Below the pieces are notes generated by a model. That model saw only the letters and a list, made by a program, of their open reading frames with translations. It did no database searches and was not told the origin of the DNA. A program made the translations under genes and the position numbers. Below, piece after piece: positions 21,342 to 34,685 of a stretch of 64,000 nucleotides of DNA. Position 1 is the stretch's first letter. Every line of letters begins with the position of its first letter. The stretch comes from Hemiscyllium ocellatum (lineage: Eukaryota), in NCBI RefSeq assembly GCF_020745735.1, contig NW_026867489.1:186001-250000 (forward strand), written 5' to 3'.

Positions 21342-22870
21342 TTCGAAACTGGAAAATATGATTATTCACTAGAAATCATGTACAATTTTCCAGAAGTACA
21401 ACGTAACAACAAAGGGATTGTAAAGATGCAATGTAAAAAGGCAGAACTTGTGGTATAATGGTTCCTGTACGTTTTATTCTCTTGTTTATTTCTATTTTAC
21501 CAGAAAAAAGAACATTAGTTGTCCTCCGTAATGGGCAGGCATATTGTAAACCACGGTGGCGACTGGTATGGAATAAATTGACACAATTTTTCTGATAAAA
21601 TTGACTGAAGCAATGTTTAATTTACTTAAGTGATGTTGATGGTAAAACTAAATGAGGTCTTGTCAATTGTGACGTAGGTGAAGGAAGAGGGCAATGCTTT
21701 ATGAGCAGAAATACGAGAATGCAGTGATGAATCAGAGAGGACCCGATGTACGATATGCAGACATGGTCAATTTTAATGAAACATTATAGAAGAAACGCAG
21801 CACAATAGAATCTGAGACACAAGTGGTTTTGTGTGAGAGCTCAGTAACTCACTGCAGAGTGAGTCAGCTTCCGACCTGCGAAAATGGTGAAATAATTTAC
21901 TATCTACAGCTCTAAACACGTACCAACCAAAATCCGCTTTATATTAGAGCCACTGGAATGTCTCCACAGAATAAGTTCAGGCTTTGAATATAGATGTTGT
22001 TGGTACTAGAATAAATAAGATTTAGTCCGGGTGGTGTCATCGGAACAACTTCAAATCATCGCTTCTCCTTCTGCCGAAACATCAGGTGACAGCAGGTGAG
22101 TGAGAATCCATCTCACTCACATTTGATAAAACAAACATGATCGAGGACGAAAGGATCAGATTAATCGATAATTCAAAATCAGTTTCATATCATACCTGGA
22201 AGGCGATAGAAATAATGGAAAGTGATGAGACAGTTAATTGTTAGAAATGCTTACTCCATAACGGAAACTCCAAGCAGCTGCATTGTCCTGGACGCTCTAT
22301 GCAAGGAGTGTCGAAGTTTTGAAGTCACTGGTTCGACTCTATACTCTAAATAGTCTTCATTCATGTATCATCTCACTGTCTTGTGCTCCCAGAACGCGAT
22401 GTAACTGATCAGAACTTTGTTAGCTTGAATTGATCGGAAGAATTTCGAAATGGTTCAAGACCAGCAATCACACAGGGCGGTTTTCTCCCATTTTACACGC
22501 GTGCACTGCTTTGAAAAACATGCCAGTAGAGAAAAATTATTATTTTATGCGACATAAATATCGTTGGTTTTCTTAGCATTTATTGTTCATCCCTAATTTC
22601 TCTGGAATTCAGTTTGTCCAACTGCCTGAGGGCTGGTAGTTGTGACTCCCCTGATCTGACCTCTAGATCATTTTAATTCGAAACATTCCGTTTTTATCCC
22701 ACAAAGGTCAATATGACTTCAGAACATAAAGATGGAATGTACTATTATTGGGCAAACAGATCTGAAGAACATACAAAGTTCTTACACTTAAAACGCAATT
22801 CAAACTCTGCCCTCGACTGTACTTTACGTTTCATATGCTGTTTGGGTTCTAACTCCAATGAGCTGCCCTC

Positions 22871-23116
22871 TACAGCTGAAACTGACACCGGAAGCGGCAA
22901 GAACATCCATCAACAGACACATCGACCTGGACCGCGTATACAAATCACTGCAGCTGAAACTGACACCCGGAAGAAACATCAAAGCAGCGCTTCACACGAG
23001 GCTCCAACAGCACTGATGATGCTCCCTAGCCAGGGAACGAAACGTTTGCAGCAAAAACTTCCAGCTCGGCGAGCAGAATCACAACAACGGATACCCGAGC
23101 TACAAATCTTCAATCA
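22871..23116 (+). mobile_element. Penelope-like 3'-terminal fragment
   Basis: Reverse complement of the terminal part of the 2854-4059 element (cctagccagggaacgaaacgtttgcagcaaaaact...caaatcttcaatc). Confidence 0.88.
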
Positions 23117-23279
23117 GGTTTTTTATGCCCTTCTCCGTGCCTGTCAGCCTAGATGTGATAATCTACAATCTTCAGATTCTTGATTTGCAGTGACAGAATA
23201 CACAGAAAGCAGTATCGTTGTTATTATTTTTACATTTACCACTCATTTATTCACAGTGCCAATTGAGAGCTTGAGGACA

Positions 23280-23860
23280 CAAATTTGCAACAATTACACT
23301 TGTCTGCAACGGGACCTGAAACCACTATGCCCTGGCATTTCATCTTGATGGTCTTTAAATGTTGAGTGAGTTTCCAACTCCACCATCATTCCAGGCAGTA
23401 CATTCCATATGTCGTCCACCTCCACATGATATTCTATTTCTCAGGTTGCTTCTGCGCTTCTTCGTCCTCATCTTTAACATATGCTTTCTGGTCTTCGACA
23501 CGTATCGATGTGGAAAATAAAATCTCTCGAGCTTTTCTATCTCTTCCACTGATTGTTGGACACACCTCAATCAGATTCTCCCAAACCAAGTTGTGTTTGT
23601 TCAAAGAGAAACATATTCAACCCGAGTCTCTTCGTTACAGGCAACATCCTGCTTTGTATTGTCTCCAGTGCAATGGAGGTTTGCCCGTTGAGGGACGAAC
23701 AGAATGATAAGTGGTGATGCATCTCTGGCTTAAGCAAAGTTTCATGAGTTTGCAACAAAACTTTCTTGCCACTGCATTCAATGACCCAACAAATGAAGGC
23801 AAACAGACCATTTGCCTTGTTCATCACCCTTGCGATTTTTTTTTTCTATTCAGTTATGAA
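23280..23860 (-). mobile_element. Degenerate CR1 3' fragment
   Basis: Minus-strand remnants resembling the CR1 RT C-terminus (MMNKANGLFAFI..LLKP; WNDGGVGNSLNI). Confidence 0.65.
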
Positions 23861-24569
23861 GTTGTAGGCGTGTACTGTTCCTTTAAGAGAGTTTGAAAGC
23901 TGGCAAGGACTTAACAAACAGAATGTGCTGGAAAGTTTAAAAATGTAACATCTGGAAATGAAACAAATAGCAGGAGCAGAGTTGCTATGTTATATACCAA
24001 ATTCGAATTTGAACAATCAGTGTAAATTATGTCCCAAGATACCAATATCCGATCGAATTTGATTTTTAATGTTTTTACGACATCAAACCAATGAGTTGAT
24101 CCGATGTTTTGGTGTATGGAACTCGGACATATTGAACAGTTACATGAGCGACAAAGAACATCATACTGTCTGCAGACTGTCTCACTGAAAGTTAAATTGC
24201 CCGCAGTGAAGCTGTCTTGGAAGATATCATTTCATATGAAATCTATGAAGAAGAAGACCGGAGAAAAGAAGACAAGAAGGTACCAATGGAAAAGCGGCAG
24301 CTGGCTTGTTTCGAAATTTGATTTTTTGAAACATATTCGGGGGTGGTTGTTACCAGATCATTATATTGTTACAGAATGGGAAGTAGATATCACCTTTCGA
24401 CAAAGGAGGCGGACAGTGTCGATAGAGGTTTTTTCATTCTCTTGTTTTTCTAGGTGTAAAACATTTTTTCTTTAAATATTAATTTTATTGTGACTAATAC
24501 TTTAACAGATTCTGAGTTGTGATGAGCTTTTCTGGGTGTTTAGTTCCATTTAGCAAAAGGATTTATCCC

Positions 24570-24835
24570 GAGTAGTAACAATTCACTCAAGGGATGAGGA
24601 CACCACTGTCTAGATTAGCATTTAAGCAGTTAAGACTCAATCACATTGGTGTTATTCTGTAGTCACATGTAGGCGAAACCAGGTGACAGATTCATTCTCT
24701 GACGCATCTTGCTGAAACAGTTGAGCTTTTCCAACAATCAGCTCAAGATCCACCATCTTCCATGGCAGAATTCGAACACGGCTCCCCAGAACCTGACCAG
24801 GGCCTCTGGATTATCAGTATAGCGAAAATAGTACT
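24570..24835 (-). mobile_element. Degenerate tRNA-derived SINE (SacSINE/DeuSINE-like)
   Basis: Minus strand reads taatccagaggccctggtcaggttctggggagccgtgttcgaattctgccatgg, a tRNA-like head with a box-B-like gttcgaattc. Confidence 0.5.
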
Positions 24836-24984
24836 AGTTAATCTGCAACTAAAGTGCGACACTTGCTGACATCTTCAGGGATCTGTGGACTTGTAGGCCT
24901 CCAGATCTTTGCTCCTAATTGCTTCCTGACAAACATTGCGTGTATTTATCTTTTATTAGCGTTCTGAAAAAGCATAACATCTCA

Positions 24985-26000
24985 CATGCCAGGAATAAAC
25001 TCCACTCACCATTATTCTCCCTAATTTGCTAGCTCATCCATGTCAAACTTTGGTTATACCGCATCGTCCATAACATCATCACTTTCCGTGAATTTTGCAA
25101 ACGTACTAATTATATCGTCTGCATTCAGATATAAGTCGTTAATGCACATAGCAAACAGCAAGGGTTGCAGCATGGACACTTGTGGTATGTCACTGGTCAC
25201 AGGCTTCAGATCACAAAAATAACGCTCCATCATGATCTTTTTCCTCCTATCTACAAAGTAGTTTTAGGTCTTTGTCAAAAGATACATTGAAGCTTTATTT
25301 TTCTTGTGGGCAAGCTTTGCACTTAGGAACCTTGTCAAAGATCTCAATGAAGTACATGTGAACAACTTTGATGTAGTCCCTCTACCAATACATTCATTAG
25401 CTTTTCAACACGAAACACATTTAAATTAAACAGACTCCACTTGCAGAAAACTGTGCACCTGAAACAAAACTTGCTTTTGTTTCGCTACACTCGATCAGGC
25501 CCTCATTCACCATGAATAATCTAACCTGATTTGACTTTCCAAATTGCAGGACCTCACACTTATCTATAATCAACTCCACGTCCAATTTCTCTGAACACTT
25601 GTCCAACTGGTTAAAGGTCGTGCTGCAATTTCAGATAACTTTGCTCATATCTGCGTTATCTCCTCCTTTCGTGTCCTATGAAAACCTAGTAATCCTTCCT
25701 TCTGAATTTTCATGCGAAACATTGTTATAGATAGCAAACAACACTGGCTCCAGCGGCCTCCTCTGAGGGCGGACACTTGTCACAGGTTCCCAATCCTTCC
25801 GATATTATGCTCTGCTTCCGACCATGAAGCCAATTGTGTACTCAAGTTTGCAACTCCCTCCCTATCATGCAGTCGAACCTTCCAGAACAGCCTACTATGT
25901 GGAACATTATCAGAGGCCTTACTCCCATACAATCGCCCATTCTGACTCTTCCTAGTTAGCCCCTGCAATTCAAAATCCATGTATATCTAACCACGTAGAA
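24985..26000 (-). mobile_element. Degenerate CR1 RT fragments
   Basis: Remnants such as DKCEVLQFGKSNQ and ASDNVPHSRLFWKVRLHDREG, resembling the other CR1 ORF2 copies. Confidence 0.7.
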
Positions 26001-26695
26001 TCTTGCAAAACATAGAAGCTGCAATGAAATTCAGGTTGTCGGCTCAAAAAATTTTGCACCATATTCTACTTAATAAAATTGCAATATTGTTATCACATTT
26101 GTCTCCACATGATGCTAGCCAAACCAGGCTCTCTTTTATTCCATTCATTCCAAATTTGAACAATTGCTTTTCACTATGAAAATGAAGTAGTTGCTTCTGG
26201 TCATCGGTGTGAGAACGCCATCCGGTGTCCATCTCCGTGATTCAGAAGCTAGATGTTTACACTCGGTCTGCGGTGTCTCTGCATCAGTGTGTTGGCTCCA
26301 GAGCTAAAAAAAACATGGTGCTTTCAGTTTACCAGCCACACGATGCCTACAGTAAACACTTCGTTTCCTTTGTGCAAGTTAAAATAGATTCTGTCCTGCA
26401 ATTCTGGAGACTTGAAAATATCCTTCATATATCTTCAGTAAATATCTCAGATTATCCGGGGATATTTCATGTCCCAGTCTAGGTTTCTGCCAGCGTATCT
26501 TGTCAAGTTTCGGCAGTGCAGTTTAATATGCTAGCCGTTCGGATTCAGGTGGATATTTGGGCGCTGAAGTATTTCCACTCGTTCTTGTGCCACAAATACA
26601 AAATATTTCCGTGTTTTGGGAATCTTATATCCTCACCTCGTCAGGATAAAAGGTATTTCCGGCCCACAGCGATATGTTTGATTCTGAAGTGCCAT

Positions 26696-26791
26696 TCTGG
26701 CTTCAGGGAACGATGATAAATGTTGTTCAAATCCTTTTCTTTTAGTGACAAAGTGGTCGCAGACGCTGCAGTGTAGTACTGTGCGACGAAG
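26696..26791 (+). pseudogene. Probable relic of the 3' half (FR3) of an antigen-receptor V segment
   Basis: One frame reads SGFRER**MLFKSFSFSDKVVADAAV*YCATK. GAC GCT GCA GTG TAG TAC TGT GCG is one base from DAAVYYCA. No recognisable RSS or 5' half. Confidence 0.5.
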
Positions 26792-27057
26792 ACGTATTGA
26801 GAGAAACAGTGGATATGGCCATTAGGGTCTTGCATCGTGTTTTGTGTCTGATTTCTGTTAAACATTCCCCAAAACAAGAAATTGACGAAAACTAGTGAAT
26901 TCACAATTCATGAACTCATTCCTCATTCCTTGACAAAATCAGAGGACGATGATAAATTGTAGATAATTAAGTCAAATCAGACAGTGTGCATGTGCAACAT
27001 TAAAAGCATATTCATGGACAGAAGCGGAGGACTACTTTTGTTTGGATACACAGATAA

Positions 27058-27060
<3 letters not shown>

Positions 27061-27119
<59 letters not shown>

Positions 27120-27144
27120 TGATAGATAGATAGATAGATAGATA
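27061..27144 (+). repeat. (GATA)14 GATT (GATA)6 microsatellite
   Basis: Read directly from the sequence. Confidence 0.97.
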
Positions 27145-27912
27145 TTGTGCTTATTTCAACTTTGTGCAGCGGCACATAATTTCTGTATTATTATAATTGT
27201 ATGTTGAATTTGTTAAGATTTCATGCTGTTTTGCAGCTAATTCTTTTCATCATGAGACGTTTCCGAGAACACTTTATCAGGGAACTGTTGGACAGACAAT
27301 TGACTTTAAGACAAGGCTACTGCTACTTGACTTTGTATTCTGCTGCAGGAAATCCCTTTATTATTAGCTTACCTCCACAGTTATGGAAGGAAATCAATCA
27401 GTAATAGCACTGTCAATCTGGACGTCCCTCCGACTAATCGGAAAAATGGCCTGCGGCAGCAGCTTGGGTCTCTGATGATCAGTATTCAAAAGCATGAGGC
27501 CAACTTTCCTTGCAGTTATAGGTCAATGCGACATTCTCTCCTTCCTCATTTTTTAAATCGGAAAAGAGGTGTTCCGCAATATCATTATGGCTCCATTTTA
27601 ACACATGGAAAACAGTTGAAAAAATGACAGCCAATATCTTTGCCACTGTGTCTGTTATTCGACCAAGTATAACATTTGTATTGTAACCGTCTCTTTGTCT
27701 TTTTCTGAAACGAAAATATTTACTGAGAATAGGTACAAAGACGAGGGGCGGTTTGAGTCATCTCCAAGTATCGATTTCTCACTTTGAACTTCTGCAATGC
27801 AGTTTATATTCTGTCAAACCATAAATGCAGATCACTGCCCAACTGCGTTGATGATTGAATCGATGATAAGAATGCCGCATGGCAGTAATTTCTGTATGAT
27901 AGAAATGAGAAA

Positions 27913-28062
27913 CAAAAGCAGAAATTGCTGGAAAACTTCAGCAGGTCTGGCAGCATCTATCGAGCAAAATCAGAGTTAATGGATCACTGCCGAACTGCTA
28001 AGTCTATTTTCTCTCCATAAACAATGGCAAACCTGCTTAGCTGCCCAAGCAATTTCTGTTTT
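27913..28062. repeat. Short inverted-repeat (MITE-like) element
   Basis: Left arm aaaagcagaaattgctggaaaacttcagcagg pairs imperfectly with right arm cctgcttagctgcccaagcaatttctgtttt. Confidence 0.7.
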
Positions 28063-28415
28063 CGTATACAAGGACGCTCTCCACTGCAGTTGGAACAGAT
28101 AGAATAAAATAGTAACAATGTCGTCTCCGAACTGTGACCTGCTGTTTAAACATGGAAGACATTACTTATCATGTTTCAATACTCTATATCTTCATGAATA
28201 GCCCCCGCGTGGATTAACGTTATCCCGATTCAAGTCTAACTGGGGAAATAAGATTTCCAAATATCACGTCCACTTCTGCCATCCTGGTTTAGATAATAAT
28301 TAATGGTACAGCTGGGACAGAGAAGCTGAATGAAGACATATTCTGTCGATCTGCTGCTTCACACATGTGTATTATCAGTATTTACTCTTGTATTTCGAGG
28401 AACTGAGTCAAATGT

Positions 28416-28637
28416 GTGTTGCTGAGAAAGCACAGCCAATCAGGCAGCATATGAGGAGCAGATAATCGACGTTTTGGGCATAAGCCCTTTACTGGAAATG
28501 TATGTCCCTTCATCAGGTGTCAGAATCACTTAGATATGTGTGACTAATGTTGAAAGGCTTATAGGGCTTTTATCCAAAACGTCGATTCTCATCCTCCTCG
28601 GATGTTTCCTGATCTGCGGTGCTCTGCAGTCCTCACC
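28416..28637. repeat. Short inverted-repeat (MITE-like) element
   Basis: Arms gcacag..aatcgacgttttgggcataagccct and agggctt..ccaaaacgtcgatt..gcggtgc are imperfect reverse complements. Confidence 0.7.
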
Positions 28638-29738
28638 TTCTCCTAATTCGAGGAGCTGGAAAGACATTCCTCTTATTTAAATAGAGATCTGACAAAATGT
28701 GTTTGATGACTGTCATATCGAAAATGAAAAACATACTGACAAAATACATTTTCTCCTGATGATTAGTGATCAAAGAAGCATTTTAATTTTAACTATCAGA
28801 ATTTTAAACTTGTCTTTGTCCTACAGGTTTTATTTTAAATTAAATTTACTATCACTCTGTATTGGAACTTTGATCTTACATATATCTGTGGCAAATGTTG
28901 AAAGACTGACAACTTTCGGAAAAATGAAATTCTTCCACATCTATCTCTTAATTGTAGCTGTGGGGAGCTCAGTTGTCACAGTGCAAATAAATTAATGTGA
29001 ACTTTCCAACCTGAAACCAACACGACATGAGTTTCTTTTTCCTTCAGGCTGCGGGTGTTCCCGACTGAAATAATCCAAGGTCCAGAATTCAGTTGAATTC
29101 CTGCCCTGGTCTCCATTCCTTTCACTGCTGCCAGTCTGATGTGAGGAACCGATGAATAAATGAGCTGTGAGCTCTTGGATCACACCTGCTTAATCTGTCA
29201 GCAATGAGCCATCAGCGAGACTAGATATTATTCAACATTAACGGAATTCTTGAATTCAACAATTTCATTGTCAGTTTATTTTGTGTAAACCTGTATTCAC
29301 AGCGTAGAATCATGACTTTTGCTTTCAATGCATTGTTTGCAAAGGCATCTGTCATAATTGAACCTAATGTTAAAATATACAGAATGTTTCACATAAAGGC
29401 ATTGCGAACGTTGTTTTAATTATGCATTCTATGCATTTCTACACTGTTGCGTTATCAGGTGATATTTGGTGCCATATCTGGATGATGACATTTCTAAATT
29501 TCTGCAAATCGTGTCCCTGCAGATTCTGTTTCTCAAGTGTTGTGTTCAGCAATGACATTTGAAGACTTTGCAAAGACCGTTAGTTAAAGACATTCGACCA
29601 CTGCTGTTACTGTTTAAACTTTGCAAAAATGTCATCAGATTTGACATAAAACATAGACGTAGTTCATCTTCTCTGCTATCTGCTAACTCCACTAAGATTG
29701 TCCATGAGTTGTATGAGGGGATATTCACGATCCCTTAT

Positions 29739-30045
29739 AAGATTAGATTACTTACAGTGTGAAAACATGCCCTTCGGCACAAGTGCACCGTGACCCGCCG
29801 AAGCGCAAACCACCCATACCCTACATTTACCCCTTATCTAACATTATGGGCAATTTAGCATGGCCAATTCACCTAGCCCGCACATCTTTGGATTGTTTGA
29901 GGAAACCGGAGCACCCAGAGGAAACTCACGCTGGCACGGGGAGAGTGTGCAAACTCCACCCAGTCAGTCGCCTGAATCGGGAATTGAACCCCAGTCTCAG
30001 GCGCTGTGAAACAGCAGTGCTAACCACTGTGCCATCGTGCCGACT
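29739..30045 (-). mobile_element. HE1-type tRNA-derived SINE with CR1-derived tail, specific to unit B
   Basis: Minus-strand head tggcacagtggttagcactgctg..ggttcaattcc (boxes A and B); CR1-like tail cactgtaagtaatctaatct. Absent at the paralogous site near 1168. Confidence 0.9.
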
Positions 30046-30869
30046 CTGTTGTGGTCTGACACCATGATATGTTAATGAGAGACGCAGGGGCAGAAATCGA
30101 ATAATCTGAAAAGCTAAGCGACTGTGAAAAGAAATACATTGATTACTAGCACTAAGAAAGCAATTGCAAGAGGACAATGCCTCTACATGACTGCTTCTGT
30201 CAACTCAGAAAAAGATAAGAGTGATTTCAGGTGCAAATTAACTTCACAGTGAGGCATTGGCAGAGGAAATTGGGTGCAGTTACCAATTCTCCCTGAAAAT
30301 GCACGTGACATATCCGGTTTCTCCTGTTCATTGGTAATTATTCGATTGTAAGCTGCTAACATCAAGAGACACCAGAAAATTTTTGTCTGCTGCATCCCAC
30401 ATAGAAATTTCCCAGTCACCACTTCACAAACTCAGTCTAACTTGTGATGGAGCATGAATAATGAACCACCCAATCTAATTTCAACAACTGCATTCTTGCA
30501 CGGAAACTACTTCTTTCAGATCATTAAACGGTAAGGCGAATTGTCCACTCAGTTTGACTTCAAGCTGAATCCCTGACCAGTTAAAGATCAAATTGGTTCA
30601 ACATTTAGTGAGTCTGCATATTGTCCCTTTAGTCAGTTAGTGGCGACCCGACTGTGTTTACGTATTATTTTCTGAACATCCGAGCGCACAATTGATGTCT
30701 CTCTTCTTTCAAATAAACGTTGACGTTGTCGTAACTCGTTCATCCTATCACATTAAACACGGGATGTGACATCAAATAAAAGGCAGCCGGTGCTGTCAGC
30801 TTTGTGTTGACTGCTGTTGTTGTGATTTCTGAGGCACAGAAACATTTCTCACATTCCGGCGTAACTGTA

Positions 30870-30915
30870 ATGTGGCTCTCCATTGTCTCTCTGGTCTTCG
30901 TTACTTCCATTATTG
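30870..30915 (+). pseudogene. Paralog of the orphan leader exon, donor destroyed
   Basis: MWLSIVSLVFVTSII-G followed by GG instead of GT. Confidence 0.6.
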
Positions 30916-31513
30916 GGAATAACTAAATTTTTAAATCGCATTTATTTCCTCGAGGAATAAATTTGACAAATACCATACTTGCTTTTGGCAAGTATCGGAG
31001 CTGGATTGGAACACTTTTTGGTTTTAACATACACTTTTGCGATCAATCTTGAATGAGGAACAAAACTACACGGAACACAATATAGAAGTGAGCTTTGGGA
31101 ACGAAGCTATATTGAGAGATTATAGCTGTCACAAAACAGCGTATAAGCTTCAGATCCTTTGGCCAATAATGAGAAGACTGACGGACAAATGGACTGAAGT
31201 ATTTAGAATGAAGCAAATATGTTTGGCTTCGGACATGGAGAGGAATAGACCACTTGTGAAGAATTTCAGGTCTGTAAGTTTAAATGAGAAAATGCCCGTG
31301 GCACAGTCTCTGCAATGAGGATTTGAAGAGAAATATATTCAACCTCAGACCAGGCAGAAATATGTATGTCATTACGACATGAAGCATTTGGAGAAAACAG
31401 GAATGATTTATTTAAAAGGAAGCCAGATAAACGGGTGCAGGTGAATCGGATGGAGTGTTTTCTGCAAGCACGGGAGGAAGAAATAGGCAAGACGCCAGTG
31501 TTTACACATTGGC

Positions 31514-31909
31514 ATGAGCCTGACTGTAAAAAATGAACGTCTTTTCTGCTCTCGGTAAGAAAGTGTTGCGAATTTAGTTGAGTTCACTCATACATTTTAT
31601 CACTGATTTCAGCTTTCCCTTACATTGTGTTTCAGAGCTGAACGATGCAGATTCTGTCACTCAGCGGAAGACCTCTCTTTAAACTGCACCTACAGCTGAA
31701 ATGATCATTACTTATTCTGGTACTGTTTGTAGCCGGGCAGACAGTCTGAGTTCGCAATCCAGAGGTAAAAGAGTAGTATTTCTGAAAACGAGGCGGATTT
31801 CGCTCAGAACCACTTTCCTGATACTGTCCAGCAGGCAGAGAAGTTTTACTGATTGACCATCTCAGAGTTGGTGCTATCAGAATCCGCAGTCTATTAATGT
31901 GCAACGACT
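31514..31909 (+). pseudogene. TCR alpha/delta-type V pseudogene V1b (uninterrupted paralog of V1)
   Basis: Frameshifted leader 31514-31554; V exon 31636-31909 (274 nt) LNCTYS*NDHYLFWYCL*PGRQSEF...DFAQNHF...LTISELVLSESAVY*CAT, with the same five stops as V1. Confidence 0.9.
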
Positions 31910-31948
31910 CAGAGTAATGGGAAAGAATGAAAGCCTTGTACAATATCT
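31910..31948 (+). promoter_or_regulatory. Degenerate 23-RSS of V1b
   Basis: CAGAGTA + 23 nt + ACAATATCT. Confidence 0.75.
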
Positions 31949-33229
31949 GCTGCAGTATCTGTTTATCAGCTGCTGCCTGTTGAGGGCTGTTTATAACGGG
32001 TTACACACTGACAATTATTTACATTCCCGTGAAGAAATGCTTGAAGACTATCTGTCAGAAGAAAATCTAAAGTCATTCACATGGATTGGTGATATTGATT
32101 ATTGAGCTGATTATGAGACGTATCTCATTGGCACCCTTGTATTTGCTGATGTGTGGAAAACCCGGCTCACTTTCATTGAGAATACAGATTGTGAAACTGG
32201 CTTGTCGTTAACTGCATCCACTGATCTCCTGATGGACAAAGCCTGGAATCTCATCATTTTCGATAACACATACTGAATGAACAGCAGTCGGTCATTGATG
32301 AAAATCTGAATCATCACACTAACATGATTGATCATATCTCAATATTGAAGTACACATATTAAAGATTGGAAACCCACAATAATGCAAAATATAGAGGGAA
32401 TATTTTCGGGACATGATGAGAAGTTAACTAGCTTTGACATTATCAGAAAACGACTTACAAACATGTTAACAGGACTAAAGAATATGAGGTACAATGAGAA
32501 GCTGAGACACTTTTTCCCTGAGAGAAAGAGAGTGTAGGATGTGGAAAGACGAACAAAAAGAGATCATAACATTATCAGGGGTGTGTACAAGGTGAATATT
32601 AAAGTTCTCTTCGCCTGGGTACGCGAGTTCAAATCTGGAGTACAAATTTTTAAGCTGAGTGTGGAGAGATTTCAGGGAACTTTGGGGGTAATTTTGTCAC
32701 GTAGGGGTTGATGTGTACGTGCAAAAAATAGCCCAAGAAAGCGGTAGATGTACGAGCAATTATAACATTTCAGAAACATTTATGAAGGCTCGAGATTGAC
32801 AGAATGAATTGTATCTTTGCTGCATTGCTCCATGACACTAATCTGTGAAAACAGGCGCTCTTTGTTCTTGCAACATTTGGTATCAAAACATCTGATTGCA
32901 AAAAAAGTGTTCATGGTACCGAATTTTAATCGAGATTTTAGGAACTTGAACTCATTTGTTCAGGCATTTTATGAGTAAAATGTATCTGTTTTATTATTTT
33001 CTTACAGTGTGATCCTACTGCTTTGAAATATACATTGCTGATAGGAATACATGGCCAGGTCGGATATTTTGGGAAGATTTCTTGTGTGAATCTATGTATC
33101 AATAGAGAAGAAATTCTCTAATCTCTTGCATTGCGTATTGTTCGAATGTATTCGATATAAGACACAGAGTAAACCCAGCCCATCGAGCGTATTCTGACAT
33201 TGAATGTTGGCTGTTAAAGTTTCTCAAAA

Positions 33230-34685
33230 TCATTCTCCCATTTTCTCGCCATAAGCCGTTGGTCTGTTTGATGCCCAACAACCTCTCTATCTCCGTCTGA
33301 AATATGGTCAATGATTTATCCTCTACAGCCTTCTGTGGCAAAGAATTCCATAAAGTCACCACTGTCTGGCTGAAGAAGTTTCTCCTTATTTCCGTTCGAA
33401 AAAGTGTTCCCTTCCCTCTAAGGCAACGTCGTCGAGTTCTAGTCTCTTGTTCAAATGGAATCATCTTCTTAACATTAGTGTTCTGTAATTTTCAACTTGA
33501 TGCCCTCTCGTCTTTTTGAAGTCTATCGACTATAAACCCAGAGTGCTCAAATATTCCTCATATGTTAAGCATTTTATTCCTGGGACCATTCCTCTGAATC
33601 TCCTCTGAACATGCTCCAGGGACATTACATCCTTCTTGAGATATGGGGCACAAAACTACACACAATACTTCAGTGGTGGTCTGACCAGTGCCTTATAGAG
33701 CTTCAGAAGCACATCATTGCAATTACCTTCAAATCCTCTTGAAGTCAACGTCATCATTTCATTAACCTTTCTTACTACTGACTAAACGTGAAATGGTACA
33801 TCGAAAGAATCCTGGACTAGAACTCCCAAGAACCTTTGCACCTCAGACTTTGAATTTTCTTCCCATTTAGGAAATAACCGTTGCCTATATAATCTGTGTA
33901 ACAAGAAGATGCGGTACTGGGCTAATGATCGGACACTTGGTAGTGTGGATGAGCAGAGGGATCTTGGTGTCCATGTACACAGAACTCTGAAAGTTGCCAC
34001 CCAGGTAAATAGTGCTGTGAAGAAGGCATATGGCGTACTGGCTTTTATTGGTAGAGGAATTGAGTTTCCGGTTTCCTGAGGACATGTTGCAGTTGTATAA
34101 GAGTCTGGTGCGCCCGCCTCTGGAGTATTGTGTGCAGTTTTGGTCGCCATACTATGGGAAGGACGTGGAGGCACTGGAACATGTGCAGAGGAGGTTTACC
34201 AGGATGTTGCCTGGTATGGTAAGAAGATCGTATGCGGAAAGGCTGAGGCACTTGGGTCTGTTTTCATTGGAGAAAAGAAGGTTTTGTGGGGACTTGATAG
34301 AGGTGTACAAGATGATTAGGGGTTTAGATAGGGTTGACCATGAGAACCTTTTTCCACGTATGGAGTCAGCTATTACGAGGGGTCAAAGCTTTAATTTAAG
34401 GGGTGGTAGGTACTGGACAGATGATAGGGGTAGATTTGGTTACTCAGCGAGTCGTGAGTTCATGGAATGCCCTGTCAGTAGCAGTGGTGGACTCTCCCTC
34501 TTTATGGGCATTTAAAAGGGCATTGGATAGACATATGGAGGATAGTGGTCTAGTGTAGATTAGGTGGGCCTGGGTCGGCGCAACATCGAGGGCTGAAGGG
34601 ACTGTACTGCGCTGTATTTTTCTATGTTTTATGTTCTATGTTCTATATTCTTCCCACCCAAATGCATGATCTCACACTTTCCCAC
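33230..34685 (-). mobile_element. Older CR1 fragment (about 33230-33890 and 34643-34685) interrupted by a younger CR1
   Basis: CR1 3' sequence on the minus strand resumes after the nested insertion (gcctatat|tcttcccacccaaatgcatgatctcacactttcc). Confidence 0.8.
33891..34642 (+). mobile_element. 5'-truncated CR1 nested in the older CR1, 6-bp TSD CTATAT
   Basis: LVRPPLEYCVQFWSP RT C-terminus and (ttctatg)n tail; ctatat at 33885-33890 and 34643-34648. Confidence 0.88.

Larger units (their letters stand above)
28492..33180 (+). repeat. Unit B, part 1: diverged paralog (roughly 90% identity by eye) of 1-5530
   Basis: Collinear with 1-5530. Lacks the Penelope insertion and has an extra SINE. Confidence 0.93.

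Noticed and set aside
27455-27815. Possible extremely decayed V (QQ..ANFPCSY..PQY and GRFE..DFSL*TSAMQ..FC)
   Set aside because: No Trp41, the two halves are about 55 codons apart instead of about 14, and there is no RSS; probably over-reading.
29985-30045. tRNA gene
   Set aside because: It is the tRNA-derived head (boxes A and B) of a SINE, continuous with the SINE body and CR1-like tail.
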